This document shows positions 19,173 through 28,793 of a stretch of DNA of 64,000 nt, in pieces. Under the pieces are notes generated by a model. That model searched no databases. It had not been told where the DNA came from and worked only from the letters and a program-made list of their open reading frames with translations. How positions within the stretch are numbered: position 1 is the stretch's first letter; every line of letters starts with the position of its first letter. The stretch covers positions 134,994 to 198,993 of the forward strand of contig JBGAJA010000001.1 of NCBI GenBank assembly GCA_044225175.1, given 5' to 3'. The position numbers and the translations under genes are program-made. This stretch comes from Candidatus Omnitrophota bacterium (GTDB taxonomy: Bacteria; Omnitrophota; Gorgyraeia; Zapsychrales; Fredricksoniimonadaceae).

Positions 19173-20551
19173 AAATACTTATGATGACCAATACTTATGC
19201 GCCTATGGTTGGAGGAATAGAAGAATCCATTCGTTCCTTTACACATGAGTTTGAAAAGTTGGGCCATGAAGTTCTTATTGTTGCTCCTGAATCTGAGGGG
19301 GCGCCCCCTGATGAGGTGGGTGTGATACGTTTACGTGCCATTAAAAACTTTAATCATTCGCATTTTTCTATTGCCTTGCCCATGTCTGGTCTTTTGCCGG
19401 AACTCATGAAAACTTTTATGCCGGATATCATCCATTGTCATCATCCTTTTTGGATGGGAGATATTGCCTTACGTTTAAGCAGTCAATACCATATCCCACT
19501 GGTCTTTACTTATCATACGATGTTCGAGCAACATATGCATTATCTGCCCATTCAGAATGAAGGGGTAAAACGCTTCATCATTGATTTATTTGCCGGTTAC
19601 GCGAATTTGGTGACCCAAGTGATTGTTCCGAGTGAAAGTGTTCGCGACATTCTTTTGGCACGTGAGGTTAAGACACCTATAGAAGTAGCGCCAACGGGCG
19701 TAGATTTACAAAGATTTTCAAAAGGAAATGGAAATATTATTCGTCAACGTTTGGGTATTCCTTTAGATGCTGTCGTCATTGGTTATGTCGGTCGACTGGC
19801 TACAGAGAAAAATTTAGAGTTTTTAAGCCGCAGCATTGCAGAATATTTAAAGAAAGAAACCAAAGTGCATTTCTTGGTAGGTGGGGACGGTCCCCTTAAG
19901 GATACAGTCAAGAAGATCTTCAATGATCAAAGGGTTGAAAAACGGCTGCACTTGGCCGGTATGCTTAAAGACCAAGATTTGGTTGACGCTTATCATGCGA
20001 TGAATATTTTTGCTTTTGCCTCTTTAAGTGAGACACAGGGGATTGTTTTGGTTGAAGCGATGGCCGCTGGAGTTCCGGTAGTAGCCATTGATGCTCCAGG
20101 TGTTAGGGAAGTTGTTAAAGACGGCTACAACGGAAGATTAATTTTCGGAGAAAATCAAAACAATTTCTTAGAAGCCCTTACGTGGTGTCTCAAGCAGCCC
20201 GTTAGTGAATTTGATCAGATGAAGAAGAATGCCCAAGCAACGACAAAAGAATTCGCCGTTGATCTTTGCGCTAATCGGATGTTGAAGATTTATGAAGATG
20301 TCAGGGTTAAAGAATATACTTGGTCTGATCACAAAAATAGAGCCTGGGACTCTCTGACGGATCGTCTTAAAAGTGAATGGGATATGTTTAAAAATATGAT
20401 GCATGCCGGCAGTGCAGCTATGGACACGGCAGGTTCAGAAAAACCGATAGAAAAAAGAGCTAAGGGCTTGTTCCTTATTCTTCCTCGACTATTATCTTTA
20501 AGAGAGTGGTCTGCAAGACTTTTGCATCGCAGATATCCGTCCTCTAAGTAG
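19169..20551 (+). CDS. GT4-family glycosyltransferase
   Basis: N-terminal GT4-like domain. C-terminal E..AMAAGVPVVA nucleotide-sugar binding motif of GT-B retaining transferases. Start overlaps the upstream stop. Confidence 0.75.
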   Translation: MKILMMTNTYAPMVGGIEESIRSFTHEFEKLGHEVLIVAPESEGAPPDEVGVIRLRAIKNFNHSHFSIALPMSGLLPELMKTFMPDIIHCHHPFWMGDIALRLSSQYHIPLVFTYHTMFEQHMHYLPIQNEGVKRFIIDLFAGYANLVTQVIVPSESVRDILLAREVKTPIEVAPTGVDLQRFSKGNGNIIRQRLGIPLDAVVIGYVGRLATEKNLEFLSRSIAEYLKKETKVHFLVGGDGPLKDTVKKIFNDQRVEKRLHLAGMLKDQDLVDAYHAMNIFAFASLSETQGIVLVEAMAAGVPVVAIDAPGVREVVKDGYNGRLIFGENQNNFLEALTWCLKQPVSEFDQMKKNAQATTKEFAVDLCANRMLKIYEDVRVKEYTWSDHKNRAWDSLTDRLKSEWDMFKNMMHAGSAAMDTAGSEKPIEKRAKGLFLILPRLLSLREWSARLLHRRYPSSK

Positions 20552-20574
20552 TTCCACGTAGTTCCTCCCGTATT
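20548..20574 (+). promoter_or_regulatory. Direct-repeat array GTAGT-N5-GTAGT-N7-GTATT, candidate activator site (copy B), upstream of CBS-ldhA
   Basis: Same box sequence and 10/12 bp spacing as copies A and C. Followed by GGATTTATTT and a TAAACT -10-like box at similar distance. Confidence 0.4.
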
Positions 20575-20714
20575 TCTGCGGATTTATTTATCGAATAACC
20601 AGTGATAAACTTAATTTATAACGTTCAAAGAAAGGGGATGGTAGCGAACATGCAGTACATCATCCACAACAATAAAGAAATTGTCTTATATTAAGACCAA
20701 AAGGAAGGATTTTT

Positions 20715-21140
20715 ATGTCAAAAGCTATTCCATCAGTTCAAAAATTTATGACTTACAACCCTATCACTATTAATGCCTCAAAATCAGTAGCTGAGGCTCA
20801 AAATTTAATGAAGGAAAAACAAATCCGTCATTTACCTGTAATGGATCAAGATAAAATTGTCGGTATTATTTCTGATCGGGATGTAAAGTTGGTTTTGAGT
20901 TTGGTTCTTACTACACCCCAGAGTTTAAAGATTAAAGACATTGCACATGGCAGTGTGTATACGGTACATCCTGAAACCCCTATCGATCAGGTTGCTGATG
21001 AAATGGCTTCTAAGCATTATGGTTGCGCAGTAGTGGAAGATAATCATAAGATAGTGGGTATATTTACCGTTCTCGATGGATTAAAAGCGATTTCAGACAT
21101 TTGTCATCAAAGATATCATGTTAATCATGGGGAAAAATAA
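20715..21140 (+). CDS. CBS-pair domain protein
   Basis: Two CBS-like segments (IRHLPVMDQDKIVGIISDRDV and HYGCAVVEDNHKIVGIFTVLD). Confidence 0.7.
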   Translation: MSKAIPSVQKFMTYNPITINASKSVAEAQNLMKEKQIRHLPVMDQDKIVGIISDRDVKLVLSLVLTTPQSLKIKDIAHGSVYTVHPETPIDQVADEMASKHYGCAVVEDNHKIVGIFTVLDGLKAISDICHQRYHVNHGEK

Positions 21141-22147
21141 TGAAGGTGGCTGTTTTTAATACTAAACCATATGACAGGGAGTTTTTGGGTGAGGCAAACA
21201 AGAAATTTGGGCATGATTTTACATATTTTGAAGTTCATCTGAATCGTGACACCTGCAAGCTGGCTTTTGGCTTTGAGGCTGTTTGCGCATTCGTTAATGA
21301 TCGTTTAGATAAGGAAATATTAACTTTAATGGCAAATAACGGAGTTCGCCTAATTGCTTTGCGGTGTGCTGGATTTAACAATGTGGATTTGCAGGCGGCT
21401 TGCGCATTGAAATTAACGGTTGTCCGTGTTCCTGCGTATGCTCCTCATGGCGTGGCAGAACATGCGGTAGCATTGATACTGGATTTAGACAGAAAGATTC
21501 ACAGGGCCCACAATCGTATCCATGATGGCAATTTTTCTTTGGATGGCCTGCTTGGTTTTGAAATTTATGGCCGCACTGTTGGTATCATAGGGACAGGAAA
21601 GATTGGGAGTATAGTGGCCCGCATTATGAGTGGTTTCGGTACAAAAGTCCTAGCTTATGATCCTATAAAAAATAACGATTGTCTGGCGTTAGGAGTCGAA
21701 TATGTCAGTTTAGAAGAGCTTTACAGGCAAAGCGATATCCTTTCATTACATCTTCCTTTGACTAAAGAAACTCATCATATGATAAATGAACAGGCAATTA
21801 GCCAAATGAAAAGCGGTGTCATGCTTATTAACACCAGCCGTGGCGGACTTGTCGATACAGTCAGTATCATTGAAGGGCTGAAATCAGGACGCATTGGTTT
21901 TTTAGGTCTTGATGTTTATGAAGAAGAAGGAGACATGTTTTTTGAGGATTTTTCCGGACACATCATTCAGGATGACATTTTTGCCAGACTTTTAACCTTC
22001 CCTAATGTGGTTATAACCGGTCATCAGGCTTTCTTTACAAAAGAGGCGCTCACCAATATTGCTGAGACGACGCTCAAAAATATCACTGCCTTTGAGCGCG
22101 GCCAGGTGGCCCCAGAGAATTGCGTAACTATAAATTTAATCCGATGA
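21140..22147 (+). CDS. ldhA: fermentative D-lactate dehydrogenase (D-isomer-specific 2-hydroxyacid dehydrogenase)
   Basis: Collinear with E. coli LdhA: ALRCAGFNNVDL, VVRVPAYAPHGVAEHA, GIIGTGKIGS NAD-binding motif, INTSRGGLVD, GLDVYEEE. Confidence 0.85.
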   Translation: MKVAVFNTKPYDREFLGEANKKFGHDFTYFEVHLNRDTCKLAFGFEAVCAFVNDRLDKEILTLMANNGVRLIALRCAGFNNVDLQAACALKLTVVRVPAYAPHGVAEHAVALILDLDRKIHRAHNRIHDGNFSLDGLLGFEIYGRTVGIIGTGKIGSIVARIMSGFGTKVLAYDPIKNNDCLALGVEYVSLEELYRQSDILSLHLPLTKETHHMINEQAISQMKSGVMLINTSRGGLVDTVSIIEGLKSGRIGFLGLDVYEEEGDMFFEDFSGHIIQDDIFARLLTFPNVVITGHQAFFTKEALTNIAETTLKNITAFERGQVAPENCVTINLIR

Positions 22148-22189
22148 ACCGACCTTTTGAACCAAAATTATTTACTGTTTTCGCGAAAG

Positions 22190-22226
22190 GTAGTACTAGG
22201 TAGTACTACGTAGTTATTTCCGTATT
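22190..22226 (+). promoter_or_regulatory. Direct-repeat array GTAGT x3 (10 bp spacing) plus GTATT (12 bp), candidate activator site (copy C), upstream of the tandem winged-helix/response-regulator operon
   Basis: Followed about 29 nt later by a TTATAAT -10 box and the conserved AATTAAAGCATGTT leader. Confidence 0.4.
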
Positions 22227-22288
22227 TTAGCGAATCACTCCTCGTCATATCCTCAGTTATAATTAAAGCATGTTAATCAACCACCTAT

Positions 22289-22861
22289 ATGGAGAAGATT
22301 ATGATTACTGAAATAGGAGTAGTTTCTGGTGAAATTCTTGAGCTTCTTGAACAGCGAAATGGTTTTGTTGTTTTTAGTGAAATCAAAAGTGTCTTGCAGG
22401 AATCCCATGATATGGTTTTGATGAGTTTAGGTTGGCTTCTTCGAGAGGGGCATGTGCAGGTCATGGAAGATGCTTTAACAGCGCCCTATCATAAGGAAGA
22501 CATCAGAGCAGATGTGAGCGAAGTGTGTATGAATGATTTGGTTATAGCCAAGAATGTATCAGATATTTCACCACATAGAATTAAACATATGTCTGAGCAT
22601 ATCGATGCTGTTTCTAAAAAAATATTATTTTTTCTTAAAAAGTGTGGAGATTTATCCGATTTACCAACGATTGAAGCTAATATTAATGAGCACAGGGATA
22701 TTATTTTAATGGGATTGGGCTGGCTCATTCGAGAAGAATTTGTTAAGGGTGTCGTGAAATTACAAAATGTTTACATTATTAGATTAAATCATAAAAAGGA
22801 AGATGTAGCCTCATTGAATGAGCTTGAAAGAAGTGAAGTTAACGCAGGAGGTATTAAATGA
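22289..22861 (+). CDS. hypothetical protein with two tandem winged-helix-like repeats
   Basis: Internal duplication (…VLMSLGWLLREGHVQV… and …ILMGLGWLIREEFVKG…). True start may be the ATG at 22301 (GGAG 8 nt upstream). Stop overlaps the next response-regulator start. Confidence 0.35.
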   Translation: MEKIMITEIGVVSGEILELLEQRNGFVVFSEIKSVLQESHDMVLMSLGWLLREGHVQVMEDALTAPYHKEDIRADVSEVCMNDLVIAKNVSDISPHRIKHMSEHIDAVSKKILFFLKKCGDLSDLPTIEANINEHRDIILMGLGWLIREEFVKGVVKLQNVYIIRLNHKKEDVASLNELERSEVNAGGIK

Positions 22862-23226
22862 GGAAGAAAATATTAATCGTAGATGATCATGCGGATTTTC
22901 GAAAGGTAGTAAAAAATTATCTCAATTTGCATAAGCTTAATATAGAGATTTTTGAAGCCAATAGCGGTGAAATGGGGGTGACGAAAGCATCCTTTGTAAA
23001 GCCGCATATTGTTTTAATGGATATTAATTTGCCGAATATTAATGGATTAGAAGCTGTTCGCCGCATCAGGGAAGATCATCCGGTATGCGATGTTATTATT
23101 TTAACTGTATTTGATGTCCCGGTTATGAAAAAGGTAGCAGAGAAAATTAAGGCCGTAGATTTTATAGGAAAGAATGATATTTATGACAGACTAATGCCAG
23201 CTCTTATGAAATGTCTTGAAAAATAA
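22858..23226 (+). CDS. single-domain response regulator (receiver only)
   Basis: ILIVDDH...IVLMDINLPNINGLE receiver motifs. 122 aa, no output domain. Confidence 0.75.
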   Translation: MRKKILIVDDHADFRKVVKNYLNLHKLNIEIFEANSGEMGVTKASFVKPHIVLMDINLPNINGLEAVRRIREDHPVCDVIILTVFDVPVMKKVAEKIKAVDFIGKNDIYDRLMPALMKCLEK

Positions 23227-23252
23227 CGAAGTGATTAAGAAGGGAATGCTTT

Positions 23253-23639
23253 ATGATAAAAAAGATTCTTGTATGTAATGTCGAGCATGAATTTATAAAA
23301 ACAGTTGTTGCGAGATTGAAATCTTGGGGATATCAAGTTGTTATTGCTGAAGATGCTCCACAGAGTGTGCATTTAGCTCATCTTGAAAAACCAGATTTGA
23401 TCCTTTTAGATATTATGATGCCTGCAGGTGGAGGAGCGGCAGTCTGTAAGAATTTAGGTCTTTCTATTGAAACCGAATTAATTCCTATTCTTCTTTTTGC
23501 GGATCTTCCAGAAGAGGAAGTATGCATTCTGGCTGAGAAATATGGTGCTGCAGATTATATAATTAAACATTATGATCCTTATGTTTTGCATTCCAAGATT
23601 CAAAAAATTTTTGGTGATGCACAACAGTATAAGGTTTGA
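23253..23639 (+). CDS. single-domain response regulator (receiver only)
   Basis: DLILLDIMMP receiver core. 128 aa. Confidence 0.7.
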   Translation: MIKKILVCNVEHEFIKTVVARLKSWGYQVVIAEDAPQSVHLAHLEKPDLILLDIMMPAGGGAAVCKNLGLSIETELIPILLFADLPEEEVCILAEKYGAADYIIKHYDPYVLHSKIQKIFGDAQQYKV

Positions 23640-23663
23640 GATTTTTGAGTTTTTCCTAAAACT

Positions 23664-24308
23664 ATGATGAATAAAAACCGTATAGAGGCCTTAAGTGACG
23701 CGGTATTTGCCGTTGCGATGACGATCCTTGTCATTGACATCAAGGTGCCGCCGTTAGCAGGGCCAGCCAACGGTTATGAGTTGATAGAACAGTTATGGAA
23801 GATGTGGCCGCTGTTTCGCAGTTATTACATCAGTTTTGCGATTTTGGGGATGTACTGGATTGCTCACCACACACTTTTTCATTATTTTGCCAAACATGCC
23901 AATAGACCGCTGACCTATTTAAATATATTATTTTTGTGTCTCATCACCTTGATTCCTTTTTCCACTCATTTGATTGGGGAGTATCCGATCAATACGGTGG
24001 CGGTCGCTATTTATGGGGTCAATGTCATTGTTATCGGCACTGTACAATATTGGATGTTTCGTCTGACAATTAAAGATCCGCAGGCGCTTCACGAGGGGAT
24101 ACCCCCACAGATGCTTATGCATTCAAACGTAAGTATGCTGATGCCTCCAGCCTTTGCGGTGCTCGGTATCATTGCCGGGTTTTACCATTCTTCAGTCAGC
24201 TTTTTCTTATTCGCATTTCCCGTGGTATTTAATATTATCCCAGGCAGTTTAGGTTTTATTGAACGTTTCTTTTTAAAAAGAGCCGCTAATCAGGAAAGAA
24301 ATAATTAA
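23664..24308 (+). CDS. TMEM175/DUF1211-family membrane protein (putative K+ channel), paralog 1
   Basis: N-terminal RIEALSDAVFAVAMTILV signature of DUF1211. Six predicted TM helices. Confidence 0.6.
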   Translation: MMNKNRIEALSDAVFAVAMTILVIDIKVPPLAGPANGYELIEQLWKMWPLFRSYYISFAILGMYWIAHHTLFHYFAKHANRPLTYLNILFLCLITLIPFSTHLIGEYPINTVAVAIYGVNVIVIGTVQYWMFRLTIKDPQALHEGIPPQMLMHSNVSMLMPPAFAVLGIIAGFYHSSVSFFLFAFPVVFNIIPGSLGFIERFFLKRAANQERNN

Positions 24309-24311
24309 GAT

Positions 24312-26165
24312 ATGACATTTCTTAGGGTCGATAAGGAAATTTATATTGCTTTCTTAGCCATCCTTGGGATTAGTCTATATTTATTTTTCCATTTCTTTTT
24401 AGGTGTTCCCAAAGATATAGCCAATTGGCCATTGTGGATCACTCTTTTTCTAGGCGGGATCCCGTTGGTTTGGGATCTTTTGCTTAAACTTTCCAAACGT
24501 CAATTCGGTTCTGATCTTTTAGCCGGGATTTCAATTATTACCTCTGTTTTATTGGGTGAATATTTAGCTGGAACCCTGGTGGTTTTAATGCTTTCCGGCG
24601 GGGAGGCTTTAGAAAGTTTTGCTGTGCGACGCGCCTCATCGGTGTTAGCTGCATTAGCCAAACGTATGCCGAATAAAGCACACCGTAAAAGCGCGGGAGC
24701 TGTGATTGATATTACAATTGATCAGATCAATATCGGTGATGAGTTGGTCATTTTTCCACATGAGATTTGTCCAGTTGATGGTCAAGTAATTGAAGGTCAT
24801 GGTGCCATGGATGAATCGTATTTAACTGGAGAGCCGTTTATTATTTCAAAGGTGGCTGGATCAAATGTTCTTTCCGGTGCTATTAATGGTGAAGCTTCTC
24901 TGACGATTGCTGCAACAAAACGCGCGATGGATTCACGCTATGCCAAAATTATGGAAGTCATGCGTGCAGCTGAAGAGAAACGTCCGAGTATTCAACGTTT
25001 AGGCGATCAACTAGGCGCGATCTATACGCCGGTGGCCTTAATATTGGCGATTGGTGCTTGGATTTTTAGCCATGATCCCATGAGGTTCTTATCAGTTTTA
25101 GTTATTGCGACACCTTGCCCATTGTTGATTGCCATTCCGGTTGCTGTTATAGGATCAATTTCTTTGAGTGCCCGTCGTGGGATTATCATCCGAAATCCAG
25201 CAATTCTTGAACAAATTGACCGCTGCCGCACCATTATCTTAGATAAGACAGGGACATTGACCTATGGGAGGCCGACTGTTACGGAAGTCAATTGTTTCAA
25301 TGGTTTTGATAAGTCCAAAGTGTTGAAATATGCATCAAGTTTAGAACAGTATTCCAAACATCCTTTAGCGCATTCAATTGTTGAGGCAGCCCAAAAGGCA
25401 GGTGCTGGTTTTATAGAAGTAGGCCAAATCAGTGAGGCAGCAGGGGAAGGTTTACGAGGCGTTGTTGATGGGCATACAGTTTTAATCACCAGTCGCGGTA
25501 AATTGATTAAACAAGGTAAGGAGTCATGGTTTAAGGATATTCCACAAATGGGCGGTTTGGAATGTGTACTCGTCATTGACAATAAAATGGCTGGGCACTT
25601 TCATTTTCACGATGAACCTCGTTTAGAGGGGAAATCGTTTATTAAACATTTAAGCCCTCGGCATAAAATCAATCGAGTCATGATTGTTTCTGGTGACCGT
25701 GAGAGTGAAGTGAAATATTTGGCTGATAAAGTAGGCATTGATATGGTTTATGCTGGTAAAAGCCCCGAGGAGAAAATCGAGATTGTTCGTAAGGAAACTC
25801 TTTCTGGGCCGACTATTTATTTGGGTGACGGCATCAATGATGCGCCTGCACTTACCGCCGCGACGGTCGGAATTGCATTCGGCCAAAATAGTGATATTAC
25901 TGCGGAAGCCGCTGGGGCTGTGATCATGGAGAGTTCCTTAGCCAAGGTGGATGAGTTAATGCATATTAGCCGTAGGATGAGGACAATTGCACTTCAGAGC
26001 GCGCTGGGAGGGATGGCCTTGTCAATTTTTGGAATGTTGCTGGCAGCTGGGGGACATTTGACACCTGTAGCGGGTGCCATAGGTCAGGAAATTATTGATG
26101 TCATTGCTGTTCTTAATGCTTTACGCGCAGCTTTTCCTCCTAAAGACCTGACGGATTTTGCTTAA
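24312..26165 (+). CDS. P1B-type heavy-metal translocating P-type ATPase (no N-terminal metal-binding domain)
   Basis: CPx motif (ATPCPL) in TM6, DKTGTLT phosphorylation site, GDGINDAPAL hinge motif. Confidence 0.8.
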   Translation: MTFLRVDKEIYIAFLAILGISLYLFFHFFLGVPKDIANWPLWITLFLGGIPLVWDLLLKLSKRQFGSDLLAGISIITSVLLGEYLAGTLVVLMLSGGEALESFAVRRASSVLAALAKRMPNKAHRKSAGAVIDITIDQINIGDELVIFPHEICPVDGQVIEGHGAMDESYLTGEPFIISKVAGSNVLSGAINGEASLTIAATKRAMDSRYAKIMEVMRAAEEKRPSIQRLGDQLGAIYTPVALILAIGAWIFSHDPMRFLSVLVIATPCPLLIAIPVAVIGSISLSARRGIIIRNPAILEQIDRCRTIILDKTGTLTYGRPTVTEVNCFNGFDKSKVLKYASSLEQYSKHPLAHSIVEAAQKAGAGFIEVGQISEAAGEGLRGVVDGHTVLITSRGKLIKQGKESWFKDIPQMGGLECVLVIDNKMAGHFHFHDEPRLEGKSFIKHLSPRHKINRVMIVSGDRESEVKYLADKVGIDMVYAGKSPEEKIEIVRKETLSGPTIYLGDGINDAPALTAATVGIAFGQNSDITAEAAGAVIMESSLAKVDELMHISRRMRTIALQSALGGMALSIFGMLLAAGGHLTPVAGAIGQEIIDVIAVLNALRAAFPPKDLTDFA

Positions 26166-26496
26166 ATCTTAAAGAATGCTATCTGGTCCAAGATTCAATA
26201 TTAAAATTTCTTTATAATTGCTTTAAACTTCATGATTTGCTTCACTTATTCCCAAAGAATCAATTGAAAAAATCCATATACAAAAAGATAATCTATTGGA
26301 ATTTATCGTCGATAAACCACAGATTTTTCCTTTAACCTGTTTGACTCTATTTTAACCACTTTTGCGTAAAAGTGGACACTTTTTGGACACCAAATGGTTT
26401 CTAAATTTCATATTAGATATCTAGAACCTTGTTGCTCTTTTATTTTTATTTGATAGTATAAATTTGGGTCTGGAGAATTTTTCCAGAGGGTGTTTT

Positions 26497-26543
26497 GATG
26501 GTCGGGCCGCCATCTGATTGAAAAATCAGATGGCTTTTTTTTT
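26497..26543 (+). promoter_or_regulatory. Conserved leader element, copy 1. GATGG-N8-CCATC competes with an 11 bp hairpin GCCATCTGATT/AATCAGATGGC followed by a 9-T run; candidate attenuator immediately upstream of the nhaD-like start
   Basis: Shares the GATGGTCGGGCCGCCATCTGRTTGAAAAAYCAG core with copy 2 at 29428. The stem differs by a compensatory change (A-T to G-C). The U-tract abuts the RBS. Confidence 0.4.
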
Positions 26544-26556
26544 GGAAAGGAAGTGT

Positions 26557-27831
26557 ATGTTTGAAGCTTTGATTGTGAGTGTATTCTTGTTTGGATATGC
26601 GGCAATGGCGTTTGAACATAAGATTGGGGTTAATAAGGCTGCTTCGGCACTTTTAACAGCAGTTGTTTGCTGGGTTCTTTTGGCTTTGCAACATATGAAT
26701 CTTTCTAGTGGGAATGGTCATCAAATTGTAGAAAGTTTATCCCATCATTTAGAGGAGGCTGCGCAGATTGTTTTCTTCCTAATTGGAGCTATGACTATTG
26801 TGCAGTTAATGGAAACGCATGGAGGATTTCAGGTTGTTACAAAAATGCTTCAGATCAAGAATAAGAAACTGCTTTTGTGGGTGATTTCTTTGATCACTTT
26901 TTTTCTTTCACCTGTTTTAGATAATTTAACAACATCAATTGTTATGGTTTCGCTGATGCATCGTTTAATAAGCGATAAAGATGATCGTCTTATTTTTAGC
27001 AGTATGGTTATTATTGCTGCTAATGCGGGAGGCGCTTGGTCGCCGATTGGTGATGTGACAACAACAATGCTGTGGATTGGAGGGCAGGTAAGCGCTTTAA
27101 GGATCGTGCAGATGCTTTTTGTCCCAAGCTTGATTGCTATGCTTATACCCTTAATATATTTTACTTTGATGATGAAAAAAGGAGAGGTTTTGAAGTTTGC
27201 TCCTTTTGCTGATGAATGGCAGGTTGGTACCAAAAGAGTGTTCTATTTAGGATTATGTGCGCTCATTTTTGTTCCAATTTTTAAGGCGGTTACAGGCCTT
27301 CCCCCATTTATTGGGGTGCTTTTGGGGCTGGGTTTGGTATGGATGGTGACTGACCTTATTCATAATGAAGATAGGGATTACTTAAAAGTTCCAAAAGCAT
27401 TAAATAAGATTGATATGTCAAGCATACTATTCTTTCTTGCTATTTTATTAGCTGTGGCTGCTCTGGATACTTGCGGGGCTTTAAAGAGTATGGCTATATG
27501 GATGGATCGGACAATCATTAATAAAGATCTTATTGCAACTACACTGGGGCTTTTATCTGCAATTATAGACAATGTTCCGTTAACTGCGGCGACGATGGGG
27601 ATGTATGATTTAACACATTATCCGATGGATTCAAAATTATGGGAACTTTTAGCTTTTACTGTTGGAACGGGAGGAAGTGTCCTCATTATAGGGTCAGCGG
27701 CAGGTGTTGTGGTGATGGGGATTGAGAAGATAAGTTTTCTTTGGTATCTAAAAAAGGTGTCATTGCCCGTTTTATTAGGTTATTTTGCTGGCGTTGGTGC
27801 GTATTTATTAATTTATCGAATTATTGCTTAA
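26557..27831 (+). CDS. ArsB/NhaD-superfamily ion permease (NhaD-like Na+/H+ antiporter)
   Basis: Polytopic membrane protein with the PF03600-like repeated topology. ORF-track start 26518 (TTG) lies inside the leader hairpin. The ATG at 26557 with GGAAAGGAAG upstream is the more likely start. Confidence 0.55.
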   Translation: MFEALIVSVFLFGYAAMAFEHKIGVNKAASALLTAVVCWVLLALQHMNLSSGNGHQIVESLSHHLEEAAQIVFFLIGAMTIVQLMETHGGFQVVTKMLQIKNKKLLLWVISLITFFLSPVLDNLTTSIVMVSLMHRLISDKDDRLIFSSMVIIAANAGGAWSPIGDVTTTMLWIGGQVSALRIVQMLFVPSLIAMLIPLIYFTLMMKKGEVLKFAPFADEWQVGTKRVFYLGLCALIFVPIFKAVTGLPPFIGVLLGLGLVWMVTDLIHNEDRDYLKVPKALNKIDMSSILFFLAILLAVAALDTCGALKSMAIWMDRTIINKDLIATTLGLLSAIIDNVPLTAATMGMYDLTHYPMDSKLWELLAFTVGTGGSVLIIGSAAGVVVMGIEKISFLWYLKKVSLPVLLGYFAGVGAYLLIYRIIA

Positions 27832-27853
27832 ATAACTTTCAGGTGGAGTTGCT

Positions 27854-28687
27854 TTGAAAATAAATAAAAGCTTACCAATTAAGTTAATAAGCGCAACAAG
27901 CATAGCCATTGCGATTTGTTTTATTGTTCAACCTTCTTTTCTAGTTATGGCTCAACCAATTTTCTTATCATTAGAGGAAATTGAGCAAATCGGAGTTAAG
28001 GTTTTTAAAAATGAATGTGCAGGTAAAAATGAATGTCTTTTGGAGTGGAATGAAGGAGAGGGTTTTCTCTCTTTAGGGATAGGGCATTTTATTTGGTATC
28101 CTCAAGGAGTTACAGAACCTTTTGAAGAGAGTTTTCCAGTCCTGATTAAATATTTAAAAGAAAAGGGAATAAAACTTCCAGCCTGGCTAGATCAAGAACC
28201 TTTTCCAACATGTCCGTGGATAACAAGAGAAGATTTCATAAAGAACAAATCTGGTTTTAAAGCACAGGAACTATATAAATTATTAAGCGAGACTAAGTCA
28301 TTGCAAAGCGCTTTTTTAGTATCACGTTTGGATGTGATTTTATCTTTAATATTAGAAAACGTTGATGATAGGGATGATTTTAGAATTAAGAATAAATTTA
28401 AAAGACTTGCCAGTACTCCTCAAGGAATTTTTGTATTGGTCGATTATGCTAATTTTAAAGGTCTAGGGATTTCTTTAGGTGAGCGTTATCAAGAGCAGGG
28501 TTGGGGGCTTGTACAGGTTTTATCTAGAATGAAAGATGATGAACAAGAATTAAATCCTGTCGAAGAATTTGTAAAAGAGGCTCAAAAAATTTTGACAGAA
28601 CGTGTTAATAATGCTCCTGTAGGAAGGCAGGAGCAAAAATGGTTGCTTGGTTGGCAAAACAGGGTTAATTCGTATTTAAAAGAATAA
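27854..28687 (+). CDS. secreted hypothetical protein (signal peptide)
   Basis: N-terminal hydrophobic signal, then MAQP. No recognised family. Confidence 0.4.
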   Translation: MKINKSLPIKLISATSIAIAICFIVQPSFLVMAQPIFLSLEEIEQIGVKVFKNECAGKNECLLEWNEGEGFLSLGIGHFIWYPQGVTEPFEESFPVLIKYLKEKGIKLPAWLDQEPFPTCPWITREDFIKNKSGFKAQELYKLLSETKSLQSAFLVSRLDVILSLILENVDDRDDFRIKNKFKRLASTPQGIFVLVDYANFKGLGISLGERYQEQGWGLVQVLSRMKDDEQELNPVEEFVKEAQKILTERVNNAPVGRQEQKWLLGWQNRVNSYLKE

Positions 28688-28756
28688 TTAGCAATCAAAT
28701 TTATTTTTAATGGGAAATCTAAATTGACAAGAACGTTCTTTTATATATACTCGTGA

Positions 28757-28772
28757 GTAAGCATTTGCTTAC
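28757..28772 (+). promoter_or_regulatory. Perfect palindrome GTAAGCA-TT-TGCTTAC, candidate TetR operator overlapping the tetR promoter
   Basis: 16 bp inverted repeat 20 nt upstream of the tetR-family start. TetR regulators commonly autoregulate via such operators. Confidence 0.35.
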
Positions 28773-28793
28773 ATTTATTTGATAGAGGACAGA

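Noticed and set aside
26166-26496. Palindrome CCACTTTT-GCGT-AAAAGTGG upstream of the nhaD leader as an operator
   Set aside because: Single occurrence, no cognate regulator adjacent. Noted, but evidence is too thin to call a feature.
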